Below, in pieces: positions 9,416 through 18,806 of a stretch of 48,385 bases of DNA. The stretch's first letter is position 1. Every line of letters starts with the position of its first letter. Where the stretch lies: positions 1-48,385 of IMG/VR virus record IMGVR_UViG_3300025099_000035. One strand, written 5' to 3'. The notes below the pieces were generated by a model. The model ran no database searches, was not told where the DNA came from, and worked only from the letters and a program-made list of their open reading frames with translations. The position numbers and the translations under genes were made by a program. Origin of the DNA: a virus. Its lineage: Duplodnaviria > Caudoviricetes.

Positions 9416-10752
9416 TATAATGCCTCCTCAAAGTTAAACAACGCATGTGTTTCAGGAAGAGAAACCTCAAGACCTGCTTCTGTTAGAATCATGTCTTTAC
9501 GTAAGTCTTCATCTGCTTGTTGCACATTCGTTGTAATTGAAGTATCTCGATTAATACCGTTACCAACAAGTGGTCGATATGATACATGGTCTAAATCAAC
9601 CATACACATAAATTCACCTGACATACCTCTGAACAATGGCTCTTTAACTAAAGATAAGTCACCATGAACAGTTTCTACCTTCATAACCTTGTGTCCAAAA
9701 GTTCCTTGAGATGCATCAAAGTTATACCTTGAACCACCACCATTAACAATTGAATCACCGATAAATCCAGCACCATCTCCAAGCTTATTAAACAATGAGA
9801 TAACAGGCAATGAACATAATGCAAGTTTTGCACTACTTCCACCACGAGCTGGGTCAAATACAACCTCTAAATCTCTAAGCAAATTATCATAAGTTAAGCT
9901 TCCTGCTGCAACAGTCTTTAAGTAGGATTGACCTTCTGTATAAACTAGTTGCTCAGAATCTTCTATTGTTTGAGATTGACCATTTGCCATAATATGACCT
10001 GCTATACCTTCAGTGTATTGAACACCTCCAGAAGAAGCACGTTGTCCAAATAGCATTGCACGCTCAATATCAATCTTATGCTCACGTAACTTTAGATTCC
10101 AAATACGTTGCCATTCATCAGAATAACCACGATATACGGTTGCACGAGCAGTATTTGACATCTCACAAGCTGTTTTAAAGATTTGGGTATAACCATAATC
10201 ATTATCTAGCTCTTGAGACCATACATCAGGTGCACCAGTGCCCTCGCCATAAGCAGTTCCGATAACGGTTGCTTTAGCACTAGCTGCTGGGTCTGCTGCA
10301 TTAGTATCATTAGGATTAGTAAGCCATTTAATATCAATTGATGTACTTGAATTAACTGCTTCTATTCTAGCATTTGCATGATTTGGAGCACCACTGTTAC
10401 CTGTTACAGATTCAACAGATATAACCATTCCTTTAATTAGCCATGCTTGAGCTGCGCTTATTGTTGCTGTTACAGTAGCTCCTACTGAAACTTCTGCTAA
10501 GTTAGTTGAAATGACAAAACTTCGGTCTGTCATCGCAATTTTTGTTCTATCTTCCAAGAATCGGAATTGCGAATCCGATGTTGGAACTTTCCCTACTTTT
10601 GACAAATATACAAAAAACGGAGATTCTTCTGGGGATAAGTCAGCGACCCTATCACTAAAGTCATACAGTCTACGTGTGCCTAAATTAGCACTGTCTACTG
10701 TATTTCCACCAGGAGTTCCGAATTTTACTTGTCCACTATTATAAGTAGCCAT
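9415..10752 (-). CDS. Major capsid protein (DUF5309/SU10-like)
   Basis: 445 aa after the scaffold gene; motifs DFSDRVADLSPEESPF, YTQIFKT, HKIDIERAMLFG, RKDMILTEAGLEV. Confidence 0.9.
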   Translation of the reverse strand: MATYNSGQVKFGTPGGNTVDSANLGTRRLYDFSDRVADLSPEESPFFVYLSKVGKVPTSDSQFRFLEDRTKIAMTDRSFVISTNLAEVSVGATVTATISAAQAWLIKGMVISVESVTGNSGAPNHANARIEAVNSSTSIDIKWLTNPNDTNAADPAASAKATVIGTAYGEGTGAPDVWSQELDNDYGYTQIFKTACEMSNTARATVYRGYSDEWQRIWNLKLREHKIDIERAMLFGQRASSGGVQYTEGIAGHIMANGQSQTIEDSEQLVYTEGQSYLKTVAAGSLTYDNLLRDLEVVFDPARGGSSAKLALCSLPVISLFNKLGDGAGFIGDSIVNGGGSRYNFDASQGTFGHKVMKVETVHGDLSLVKEPLFRGMSGEFMCMVDLDHVSYRPLVGNGINRDTSITTNVQQADEDLRKDMILTEAGLEVSLPETHALFNFEEAL

Positions 10753-10767
10753 TTTTTTCTCCTAAGT

Positions 10768-11499
10768 TTATTTTAATACGTTAGTGCGTCCTCCAGCAGC
10801 GACAATTGAGTCCCACATTGCATCAGAGTCAGATTTTGGCATTTGAGGCTTTTCGCCTTGTAATACACCACCTACTTGCTGAGGTTGACTTTGCACATTG
10901 CGTACTTGGTCTAATGGGCTTGGTTGTCCTTGGCTTACTGGAGCACTGTTAACAGCTTGCCACATTTTGATTACGTTATCCAATCCATACTCAGATGGGT
11001 GTTTGTCTGCAAAATCAAAAAACGATTGAACTTGTTCATCATTCATTCCTTTTGCTTTAAGCTGGGCATTTAAGTTTGCCCTTCCGCTTTCTTGACGAAT
11101 ACCTTGAGTGGCTTGGTTAACAGCACCATCAATGGTTTGCTGTAGTTCTTGCATCCTAAATTTATAAGATGCAGATGTTGGGTCATTATAGGCTTCCCAT
11201 GGGTCAAACTCATCAGGCTTAAGTGCTACTTGTTGTTGTGCGTTTGGTTGACCATTGACCGTACTTTGTAATTGTTCAATTACATCAGGTCGTGATTCCA
11301 AAAATTTGCCAACTTCCTCGTATTGCTTTAGCTTTTGATTTTCACTATAGAGCTTATCCTTTTCAGATTGGAAGAATTTTGCTTGTTCTTCCCAATTGAC
11401 AGGATTCTCTTCTTGTGTTTGTCCTTCATCTTGCCCTACAAATTGCTCGGATTGACCAAGTTCATCTTGAAATTGATTTCCTAATTCATTTGCGTCCAT
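10768..11499 (-). CDS. Capsid scaffolding protein
   Basis: Acidic, Q-rich helical 243 aa protein between portal and MCP. Confidence 0.75.
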   Translation of the reverse strand: MDANELGNQFQDELGQSEQFVGQDEGQTQEENPVNWEEQAKFFQSEKDKLYSENQKLKQYEEVGKFLESRPDVIEQLQSTVNGQPNAQQQVALKPDEFDPWEAYNDPTSASYKFRMQELQQTIDGAVNQATQGIRQESGRANLNAQLKAKGMNDEQVQSFFDFADKHPSEYGLDNVIKMWQAVNSAPVSQGQPSPLDQVRNVQSQPQQVGGVLQGEKPQMPKSDSDAMWDSIVAAGGRTNVLK

Positions 11500-11500
11500 T

Positions 11501-13549
11501 TTACTTATCTCCTTGTTTGCTATTTCTCTTATCCTTTTGAGATTGACTACGTTTCTCTTGCTCTGTGGCTAAACGTAATTTCTCAGATTCGAGTTTAACA
11601 GCATTTGAAAGTCTTCCGACTTGTAATTTTTGTTCGGCTTTACTTGATGACTCTGTTTCTTTAAGCCGTCCCTTAAACTTCTCGACCTCAGCAGCTTTAC
11701 GGAGATGTACTGCTTCTCGGTCTCTAGTTTGTAAGTCACCAGATAATTTCTTAATTTGCTCTTGAGCACCTTGCAATTGTTGTTGTAATTGTGCAATCAT
11801 ATCAGTACGTTGTAATACGCCTGCTTTATCAAATATATCGGTTTTCTTCAATGCTTCTACCTTATCAATTAAGCCTGCCTGATATGCTTCCATATAAATA
11901 TTCCACTCACCCCATTTATTTGATGGCATGGTAGAATTACCAATAACACGAATATCAAATTGACCAATAGATACATCATTCTCAATAGATTGAAGCTCCA
12001 TAGTCTTATCATCGTATAATCTTTTATTTATAGTATATTCATTTAAATCATTGTTTGGTTGCACTATTCTAAATGTTTTCTTGAAATCATAATGAGATTT
12101 AGCGAGATTATATATAACTCGACCTAATCTCTTTAATGAGCCCTCAATATCACGTAATTTAGATTTTGAACGCCTTTGTCCGAAATCTTCAAGCATCATT
12201 GTTGCGGATGATGTTTTTGGAGCTACCTCAGTATTCCCTTGCATCATCTCAAATATCCCCATATTCAAATCAATATACTTCTCAATCATCGCAGGTAATT
12301 GAAGTATTGAACTTGCAAGTGGTTGAGGAGCTGGAAAATGAGGTTCTCCTAAAGATGGGTCATATTCAATTGTAGCATTTGGATTTGCCCAATCCTTCTC
12401 TAATTGCTCTATATTATCAACTGAGCCTTCAGGAACAAGTAACTTTAGCCCTGCCGATGCTTGTGCATGAGATGTAATTAAAGATAGTACTTTATTTAAA
12501 TATATTTGAGAATCTTTATTCTTTCGAACATCACTCATTGGATAAGGAGTATTAGTCCATATATTTGGTACTGGTACGATAGGGTAAACATCAGTATCCA
12601 GTACTCTTTCGTATAAAACAATTTGCCCAACAATACAAGTCAATTTAATCCTTGTTTGCATTACTTGAGCAATGTCAATCATACCCTTCTCAACTGCCAA
12701 TTGCATACGTTCATCTTGAAGTAGTGCTTGGAGTTTTGCATCATCAAGAATTTGTTCATCTCCAGATTGCATGTCAATAACACGATAATAAGGAACTTTA
12801 ATCTTTGAGAAAGATTCAATTAATCGATACTTCTCAGAACCCTCGCCATAATCCTTATCTTTAACAATATCAGGAGTAAAGCGTGTTTTTGCTTGTGCTT
12901 GAGTTGAACTTGGATAATCATCATCAAGATAGTCATTTGATTCAAGCTCATCAATTAAAGACTTACCTTCTTCATTTTCTTCAGATAATTGAGGATATAA
13001 GTCAGCTAATTGTCGTTTAGTCATGATTGTAGACAACATCATACCAGAAGAGTCATCAAACCAACGACTTCTAGAGTTAGGGTCAACTACAATTCGGAAT
13101 GGGTCAACATATGTAAATTTAACTTCACCTCGACCATAATCAGCCTCAGCGTCTATATAGCCATAAAAATAACCTAGTCCCGTAACAGCGTAGTCGTGAA
13201 TAGTTTGCTTGAATGTTTCGTCTCCATCAGAGATGTCCCAAACATATTCTAAGATTCCTTTCCATACATTAGCCATCTTTGCATCAGAATCTTCTCTACC
13301 TGCAGCAGAGAATTTAGGAGGCTTGGAAGTGATAATAGCTTTGAACTGTTCAACCGCAGAGTAGAGTCTGTCTAGTGCCAGAGAAGACTGATTCCGTTCA
13401 TCAAGTGCATTAACTTGTGCCTCAGACCAATGATTTCCTAAATAGAAATCTATGTCTTCACGGGCTTGAACATCCCAATCTTTTCTTGCATCAGACCAAC
13501 GTCTCCACAACTCTTTTATTTCTTTTACTCTAATGTCTTCTTGAATCAT
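11501..13549 (-). CDS. Portal protein (P22-like)
   Basis: 682 aa; AREDIDFYLGNHW N-terminal motif, YPIVP, FDIRV, long C-terminal coiled coil; follows terL. Confidence 0.9.
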   Translation of the reverse strand: MIQEDIRVKEIKELWRRWSDARKDWDVQAREDIDFYLGNHWSEAQVNALDERNQSSLALDRLYSAVEQFKAIITSKPPKFSAAGREDSDAKMANVWKGILEYVWDISDGDETFKQTIHDYAVTGLGYFYGYIDAEADYGRGEVKFTYVDPFRIVVDPNSRSRWFDDSSGMMLSTIMTKRQLADLYPQLSEENEEGKSLIDELESNDYLDDDYPSSTQAQAKTRFTPDIVKDKDYGEGSEKYRLIESFSKIKVPYYRVIDMQSGDEQILDDAKLQALLQDERMQLAVEKGMIDIAQVMQTRIKLTCIVGQIVLYERVLDTDVYPIVPVPNIWTNTPYPMSDVRKNKDSQIYLNKVLSLITSHAQASAGLKLLVPEGSVDNIEQLEKDWANPNATIEYDPSLGEPHFPAPQPLASSILQLPAMIEKYIDLNMGIFEMMQGNTEVAPKTSSATMMLEDFGQRRSKSKLRDIEGSLKRLGRVIYNLAKSHYDFKKTFRIVQPNNDLNEYTINKRLYDDKTMELQSIENDVSIGQFDIRVIGNSTMPSNKWGEWNIYMEAYQAGLIDKVEALKKTDIFDKAGVLQRTDMIAQLQQQLQGAQEQIKKLSGDLQTRDREAVHLRKAAEVEKFKGRLKETESSSKAEQKLQVGRLSNAVKLESEKLRLATEQEKRSQSQKDKRNSKQGDK

Positions 13550-13556
13550 AGGGGTA

Positions 13557-13586
13557 AATATACTATAGCTTTACTGTATGATGCAA
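13557..13586 (-). promoter_or_regulatory. Putative sigma70-type promoter of the portal gene, possibly leaderless
   Basis: TTGCAT-18 nt-TATATT ending 7 nt before the ATG; no SD visible. Confidence 0.45.
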
Positions 13587-13587
13587 A

Positions 13588-15159
13588 TTATCGTCTCGCA
13601 CCTGTAAGCCAATCATATGCCTTTTTAGTTCGGTTTCTGTAAGTATTTCCTGCTTTATCCTTAATAGTGGCTTTACCAACCGATTTATTGCCTTTTGCAA
13701 ACTGAGTCGATAGCCAAAATGCATCAATGCAGTCATCATGAGAACCCTTTGGAAAATCCAACAGCTCTCCCATAAACTCATGCATATCTTTCTTTAGGTG
13801 TACAGCTCCCTGTCTGAACTTAGGTTGAAGCCCCTCAAAGAGCCTATCCTTTTTCTTTTGGTTGCCATACCCTTTAATACCTTGATTTATACCAGGGATG
13901 AACATTCCTCGTGCTTTGCTTTGTTTTTGCACGTAATCACGAAGCATTTCCTGATATGCAATCGTTTCAATGTTTACTCTTTTGACGGGGGAATATCGTT
14001 CAACAGTTTTAAATATCTCATCTGCGCAGTCCATCGGTAAGACTCTTTTTCTCCAATACTCGATAACGTAGTAATCAAACTTAGCAGTAACGCCAATAAC
14101 CATAATAACGCTATAGTCGTTACGAGCCCCAAGTGTCGAAGCAGGGTCAACACCAATGTAGATATTGACAAATTCACGACTCTTATCGTCAAATTGAATA
14201 TACCAGCTTTGAGCTTCTTCATCAAATCTACAATGTCCTTTATATAACCCATCAGTGATATCTCCTTCAGTAAAAATTTGGTCTTCAGGTGATTTAGCCT
14301 GATTCATATATTCTTGATAAAATTTACTTGGAGTACCAGAATCTATATAAAATTGCTTACGTTCTTCAATCTTCTTTACTGGCCAGCGACTCGGCCAGAG
14401 CGGTGTTCCATCATCAAGTAATGCTTTATATGTAACTATCTTCCAAGAGAAATCTTCGCCATTTTGCTTGGCTTCGTTGCTATCACGGACAAGGTTGTTC
14501 AAGAATGAGTCATAATGGACAATCGTACCATTACACCATAAAAATCCATTCTTATCAAAATCAATCGCTGGATAAACCGCAGCAGTCACCCAATTCTTAA
14601 TTTGTTGCCTTGCTTCGGGAGTTTTAGTATTTAACTCTGATTCGAAGTCATCAAGTATCATTCCCGTATATCGTGTTGAATTTTGTTTTTTACCACGCAA
14701 TCTTTGCGATGTACCCTTACCAATCATCCTACAGCCATTAGAAAGTGTAAATTCATTCTTTGTCCACTTATCACCTTGAAGGTCGCCAAAGTAATAATGG
14801 ATGGCAGGGTTCGAATACACATGATTCATAATCCAGCCAATATTATCAACGGCTTGGTCTTGAGCCTCTCCAATCCACGCAATGAACTCAGGTTCTTCTT
14901 TTGTTGCGAATAATAGTCGATGCATGACCGCAGTGGCAGCAAGCGTAGACTTTGCGTGGTCTCGTGGTAATACTAATCCAAGTTGTTGTTCTTTCTTATC
15001 AATAAGGAGCTTCCCTACTTCGTTATGAAAATCTGGCGTTGCTGAAGCAAGGAAGTCTTGAGGGGAGAACATTTTACCAAAAACGATGAGGTCATTATAC
15101 GCCAGATGGAGGATTTCCTCATTCTTTGATACGTCTCCGTGTAGGTTTAAGTTAGCCAT
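13588..15159 (-). CDS. terL: Terminase large subunit
   Basis: Walker A variant PRDHAKST, Walker B MILDDFE, GT motif, RNase H-like IGVDPA and HDDCIDA. Confidence 0.93.
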   Translation of the reverse strand: MANLNLHGDVSKNEEILHLAYNDLIVFGKMFSPQDFLASATPDFHNEVGKLLIDKKEQQLGLVLPRDHAKSTLAATAVMHRLLFATKEEPEFIAWIGEAQDQAVDNIGWIMNHVYSNPAIHYYFGDLQGDKWTKNEFTLSNGCRMIGKGTSQRLRGKKQNSTRYTGMILDDFESELNTKTPEARQQIKNWVTAAVYPAIDFDKNGFLWCNGTIVHYDSFLNNLVRDSNEAKQNGEDFSWKIVTYKALLDDGTPLWPSRWPVKKIEERKQFYIDSGTPSKFYQEYMNQAKSPEDQIFTEGDITDGLYKGHCRFDEEAQSWYIQFDDKSREFVNIYIGVDPASTLGARNDYSVIMVIGVTAKFDYYVIEYWRKRVLPMDCADEIFKTVERYSPVKRVNIETIAYQEMLRDYVQKQSKARGMFIPGINQGIKGYGNQKKKDRLFEGLQPKFRQGAVHLKKDMHEFMGELLDFPKGSHDDCIDAFWLSTQFAKGNKSVGKATIKDKAGNTYRNRTKKAYDWLTGARR

Positions 15160-15162
15160 TTA

Positions 15163-16008
15163 TTATTTTGGTTTTCGGTAACCTCTTGGGAGTTTTAGCA
15201 TCTCTGGAAGTTCTTGTATTTGAAAACTTTTTTGTACACTCCCAACTCCTCCAGGATTAGGATTATGACCACTCAGATATTTCTCCAACATAACTCCTTC
15301 ACCTGGGTATACTTTATCTCCGAGTACACCACCCGCAAAGTTCCTAAAAAATGAATCTAATTCTTTGTCAGTAAATTCTTCCTCCCCTTCATATATATAG
15401 TCATCATCATCATAACCATGTATTCTTTCATAGTTCCTCTTTTCCCAACGCTCTCCTTCTTCTTGGTACATACCTTTATAGTCAGAGAAAATGCTTTCAT
15501 CTTCAGGCATTCCAACATGCTTCATCCACTCACCTAGATTCATAGCTTCATATTTCGCCTTATCTTCTTCAGATACCTGTCTTTTTCTTTCTTTTTCATA
15601 CTTAAGAAAATCGTCTAGTGTTTTCCCGACTTTACCACCTTTCTTATATTTAGGCATAGGTGTTTTATGCAATTTATATAAATCTTTAATCTCTTTTGTA
15701 GATGTAGTATCATCAGGGGATTGTCTTATTGAATTTGAAAGTAATTGCATAATTTGGTCTTTTGTGCTATATGGCTCGTTATCGTCAAGTCCATATGTAC
15801 TTGGCATCGAGAAATTACGCTTATAGAAGCGATTATCGCCTCCTTTGGTTTGTGCATTGAAAATAGCAGTCCCTTGATTAAACATGTAATCTTCAAGTAA
15901 CCCATACATATCAATAGTTTCAGAGTTTACCTGATTCTTAATATTCTTTGGGTTTAAATTATTTCTTGATATCTTACTATCAATTGCTCTATGTGCTCCT
16001 TTAGTCAT
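15163..16008 (-). CDS. Hypothetical late protein, possible internal virion protein
   Basis: Likely start is ATG 16008 (GAGGAG SD); contains YKKGGKV. Confidence 0.55.
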   Translation of the reverse strand: MTKGAHRAIDSKISRNNLNPKNIKNQVNSETIDMYGLLEDYMFNQGTAIFNAQTKGGDNRFYKRNFSMPSTYGLDDNEPYSTKDQIMQLLSNSIRQSPDDTTSTKEIKDLYKLHKTPMPKYKKGGKVGKTLDDFLKYEKERKRQVSEEDKAKYEAMNLGEWMKHVGMPEDESIFSDYKGMYQEEGERWEKRNYERIHGYDDDDYIYEGEEEFTDKELDSFFRNFAGGVLGDKVYPGEGVMLEKYLSGHNPNPGGVGSVQKSFQIQELPEMLKLPRGYRKPK

Positions 16009-16147
16009 TGTATTTCTCCTCAATTATATGTTCGTGCATTGTACCGCAATATTTTGGGCAAGGATTATAATTATCATCAATATCATCAAAGATGAATCCG
16101 AATATAATTGCAAATATTATGATTATTAAATCCTCGTTCCCATTCAG
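16001..16147 (-). CDS. Small membrane-anchored protein with CxxxC/HxH motif, probable CTG start
   Basis: Open frame (M)NGNEDLIIIIFAIIFGFIFDDIDDNYNPCPKYCGTMHEHIIEEKYND fills the gap; AAGGA just upstream; in-frame stop immediately before the CTG. Confidence 0.45.
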   Translation of the reverse strand: MNGNEDLIIIIFAIIFGFIFDDIDDNYNPCPKYCGTMHEHIIEEKYND

Positions 16148-16155
16148 TTAGTCCT

Positions 16156-16632
16156 TTATGACTTGTAATGTTCCATGCTATGTATGAATGACTTGATATG
16201 TCCCTCACGGTGCGAATCGTCCCCTGCCCAGTGATAATCAGCCCACCAGTCAGGTAAATTGTCTATACTTAATCCTTTAAAGCTTGCCTTGGGATGATAT
16301 CTCACATTGCCCAAAAACATCATTTTTTGTGCATGTTCAGTTAATTCAGAGGCATCTACCCCATTATCACCTATATTCGCCCAACTTGGCAACTCTACTT
16401 CATTTTTCTCAAGCCACCTTGAAAGCCTACGCATTGCAGTTTCACCACCTTGTTGCTTACCGACCTCAAATTGGAATAATCCTCTACCTGGTCCTCCGCC
16501 TATTTGTTTACAATCTACCACACTTCTTGATTCGTGCCATGCGATTCTATTCATAACTCCTTCTAAGAAGTCTTCAGACCGACCATAGCGTTCACCAATA
16601 TGCTTTAATACATAATCATATAAATCACTCAT
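16156..16632 (-). CDS. Lysozyme-fold (lytic transglycosylase-like) protein
   Basis: IAWHES (putative catalytic Glu) followed by GRGLFQFE. Confidence 0.65.
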   Translation of the reverse strand: MSDLYDYVLKHIGERYGRSEDFLEGVMNRIAWHESRSVVDCKQIGGGPGRGLFQFEVGKQQGGETAMRRLSRWLEKNEVELPSWANIGDNGVDASELTEHAQKMMFLGNVRYHPKASFKGLSIDNLPDWWADYHWAGDDSHREGHIKSFIHSMEHYKS

Positions 16633-16637
16633 CTAAT

Positions 16638-16874
16638 TTAAGCCTCTCCCATTTCATCCATACCATTAATTCCAGTTAATTTGTCCTCATTATCAAAGAT
16701 TCCATCACAATGGGGGCACATCCAACCACAACAATAGTCATCTTCGTCCAATACCCCAATTCTTTGACTATAGTCTTCATCTAAGTACAATGATTCCTTG
16801 CACATTGGACATAAATCAAGTTCACTCTTCGGAGTCTTCTCTTGTTGCGTGTACGAGGGGAGTACTTTTCCCAT
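16638..16874 (-). CDS. Zinc-ribbon protein
   Basis: CPMC...CPHC; GGAGG SD inside the terS 3' end. Confidence 0.6.
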   Translation of the reverse strand: MGKVLPSYTQQEKTPKSELDLCPMCKESLYLDEDYSQRIGVLDEDDYCCGWMCPHCDGIFDNEDKLTGINGMDEMGEA

Positions 16875-17562
16875 TTTTCACTTCCTCCAATTGTTCAGGT
16901 GTAAATCCAGCGAAAACAGTTAATTGCTCTGTCTTTGTGTCGTTTGTTTCAAACATTCCAGCAATCTTTGTGAGTGATTCGAGTGAACGAAGCTTATCAG
17001 AGTCCCGTTCAGCCAAATCAGCAATGGTTTTATAACGACCAATAATCCATTCGGCTGTTACTCCCTCCTCGTTCAAACATTTTTGTATCTCATCCTTAAT
17101 CATCTTCTTTACATGCTCCACTTTTAGAAGTTTATTGACTTGGTGTTGTATCCCAAGTTCACTTTTGGCTTTTGGATACGCTTTCTTGTAGGCATCTATT
17201 ACGTCAACGCCCTGCGCAACGTATTGTGCAAAAAGAAATTGCCCTTTTGTGGGCTTATCAGAGAATCCATCAACTTTCTTCCCCGAAAATGAGTAAATAT
17301 TTTCAGCGATTCCATCTTCGCCTTTCATCAGATACTTATTGTTTATGTCAAATGTTCCACACACTGTTCGTACACAGTCTTTTTTGCCGATTTTTATTTT
17401 TCGGAGGATTTGACATATATAATCATCATCAGTTTTAACCCATTCGCCTTCAGCTCCATCCCTCCAATAATGTCTAAGGGGCATTTGGTTATCTAATGCC
17501 CTAAACTCTTCTTCATTATCGAACAAATAATGCTTTATGCTTTTTATTTCCAAAAAATCCAT
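16822..17562 (-). CDS. terS: Terminase small subunit with N-terminal extension
   Basis: C-terminal half FAQYVAQG...DAYKKAY...KLLK...GVTAEWII...KLRSLESLTKIAGMF matches the TerS pattern; first gene of the late arm, upstream of terL. Confidence 0.7.
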   Translation of the reverse strand: MDFLEIKSIKHYLFDNEEEFRALDNQMPLRHYWRDGAEGEWVKTDDDYICQILRKIKIGKKDCVRTVCGTFDINNKYLMKGEDGIAENIYSFSGKKVDGFSDKPTKGQFLFAQYVAQGVDVIDAYKKAYPKAKSELGIQHQVNKLLKVEHVKKMIKDEIQKCLNEEGVTAEWIIGRYKTIADLAERDSDKLRSLESLTKIAGMFETNDTKTEQLTVFAGFTPEQLEEVKNGKSTPLVHATREDSEE

Positions 17563-17567
17563 GCGAT

Positions 17568-17597
17568 AATATATAACCTTTAAATTATATTCTCCAA
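17568..17597 (-). promoter_or_regulatory. Putative promoter of terS, possibly leaderless
   Basis: TTGGAG-18 nt-TATATT, then 5 nt to the ATG; same geometry as the portal upstream region. Confidence 0.4.
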
Positions 17598-17611
17598 ATT
17601 TATCTCTCTCT

Positions 17612-17676
17612 TATATATATATATATATATCTATAGATAACTAATATCTATAGAAGACTAAGTATCTATAGAAGTC
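17612..17676. repeat. (TA)n tract plus three TATCTATAGA direct repeats (iteron-like)
   Basis: TATCTATAGA at 17628, 17645 and 17663 (spacing 17 and 18); the first extends to the 12-bp palindrome TATCTATAGATA; A-tracts follow. Confidence 0.8.
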
Positions 17677-17934
17677 AAAAGAAAACAAAGATAATCTTAA
17701 TAAAAGAAAAGTTAAAAAAAATTATTTACTGATTCTAAATTTACAAATCCAAAAAATTTGAGGATATTCTACGATTTTAGTTGTAAAATACAAAAATATA
17801 TATTAGAATGTGTGTGAGGGTTTTATTAATGACCCCCACCCCGTTGAAGTTCCCTCGTAGGGGTGCAATTAGGTTGAATACATATATGCATTTATATTAA
17901 ATTATAGTTTTATTTTAAAAGGTAATACATAAAT

Positions 17935-17964
17935 AAAAAAAGCCCCCTAATAACGGAGGCTTTC
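17935..17964 (-). terminator. Intrinsic terminator
   Basis: A-tract, then GCC...GGC stem, then TTT; U-tract on the minus strand downstream of ORF 18150-17992. Confidence 0.6.
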
Positions 17965-17991
17965 TCATAGATAGTATATATTATAGGCTTA

Positions 17992-18150
17992 TTATATACG
18001 CCCCTCAATTACTTCTCTTGCATCCGTAATGATACCATCTAAATCACTCTCTAGAGATACGAGTCTTTCCAAAGCATCATCTAACGCATTACATTTACGA
18101 CTTGTAACTACTTGTATATAATCCTCGATAGCTTTAATTATTGCGTCCAT
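17992..18150 (-). CDS. Small helical protein, 52 aa
   Basis: Hand translation MDAIIKAIEDYIQVVTSRKCNALDDALERLVSLESDLDGIITDAREVIEGRI; GGGAG SD; followed by its own terminator. Confidence 0.6.
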   Translation of the reverse strand: MDAIIKAIEDYIQVVTSRKCNALDDALERLVSLESDLDGIITDAREVIEGRI

Positions 18151-18257
18151 ACTATTATTTACTCCCATTTATTATTAATGTGGCATTATTGCCGACGGAT
18201 TAATATATAATACTTTATATCATTTATACTAATTATATCTTTTATTATAGATAATAC

Positions 18258-18286
18258 TTGTATAATTGATTTAAGTGTAATAATAT
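18258..18286 (+). promoter_or_regulatory. Putative early sigma70 promoter
   Basis: TTGTAT-17 nt-TAATAT with an AT-rich upstream region. Confidence 0.55.
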
Positions 18287-18323
18287 TGTACACCTTACAA
18301 GATGAGAAGATATGGATGTAGGG

Positions 18324-18336
18324 CGTTCTTTGACAT
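18324..18336 (+). promoter_or_regulatory. boxA-like antitermination element
   Basis: CGTTCTTTGACAT in the early leader directly after a CCTTACA/TGTAGGG hairpin; resembles rrn/lambda boxA. Confidence 0.5.
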
Positions 18337-18405
18337 AGCGAAATAAAAAAGACGTAGTAAAAACACTACGCATTTAATAATAATAATAAAAAGGATAATA
18401 ATACC

Positions 18406-18789
18406 ATGAATGAAGCACTATTAAAAAAGATGGGTGTAAGCAAAGACCAAGTAAAAAAGGTTACACCAACGGCTACAAAGAGTAAGACAATAGCCGACTT
18501 ACCAAGTGTTAAAAAAGCCCGTTCTACTATGAATACGGAGTTTAAAAAGTGTGCAAAGTTTATATCAGCACAATATTTAAAACCTATTCCAGAAAGGGAT
18601 AATAATAATAAGATAGTTAAAAAAGATGGGAAGTCCGTAATTAAAGAATATGAGCCAACAAGTTTAAAAGGTGAATATATTTTAACGGATAACAAAGACG
18701 GAACACAAACCGCAACAAAGTTGCACGTGTTCAAAGAGGAGTTTATTGTTTGTGGTGAAACTATAAGCATCACGGAAGTATCTTCTTAG
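18406..18789 (+). CDS. First early protein, Lys-rich hypothetical
   Basis: 127 aa; AAGGA upstream; followed by a terminator. Confidence 0.7.
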   Translation: MNEALLKKMGVSKDQVKKVTPTATKSKTIADLPSVKKARSTMNTEFKKCAKFISAQYLKPIPERDNNNKIVKKDGKSVIKEYEPTSLKGEYILTDNKDGTQTATKLHVFKEEFIVCGETISITEVSS

Positions 18790-18806
18790 CTTTGATTGGA
18801 ACACCT

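Noticed and set aside
17601-17680. Protelomerase (telRL-type) target palindrome
   Set aside because: Perfect symmetry is limited to the TA run and a 12-bp palindrome, much shorter than known protelomerase sites; kept only as an iteron-like element.
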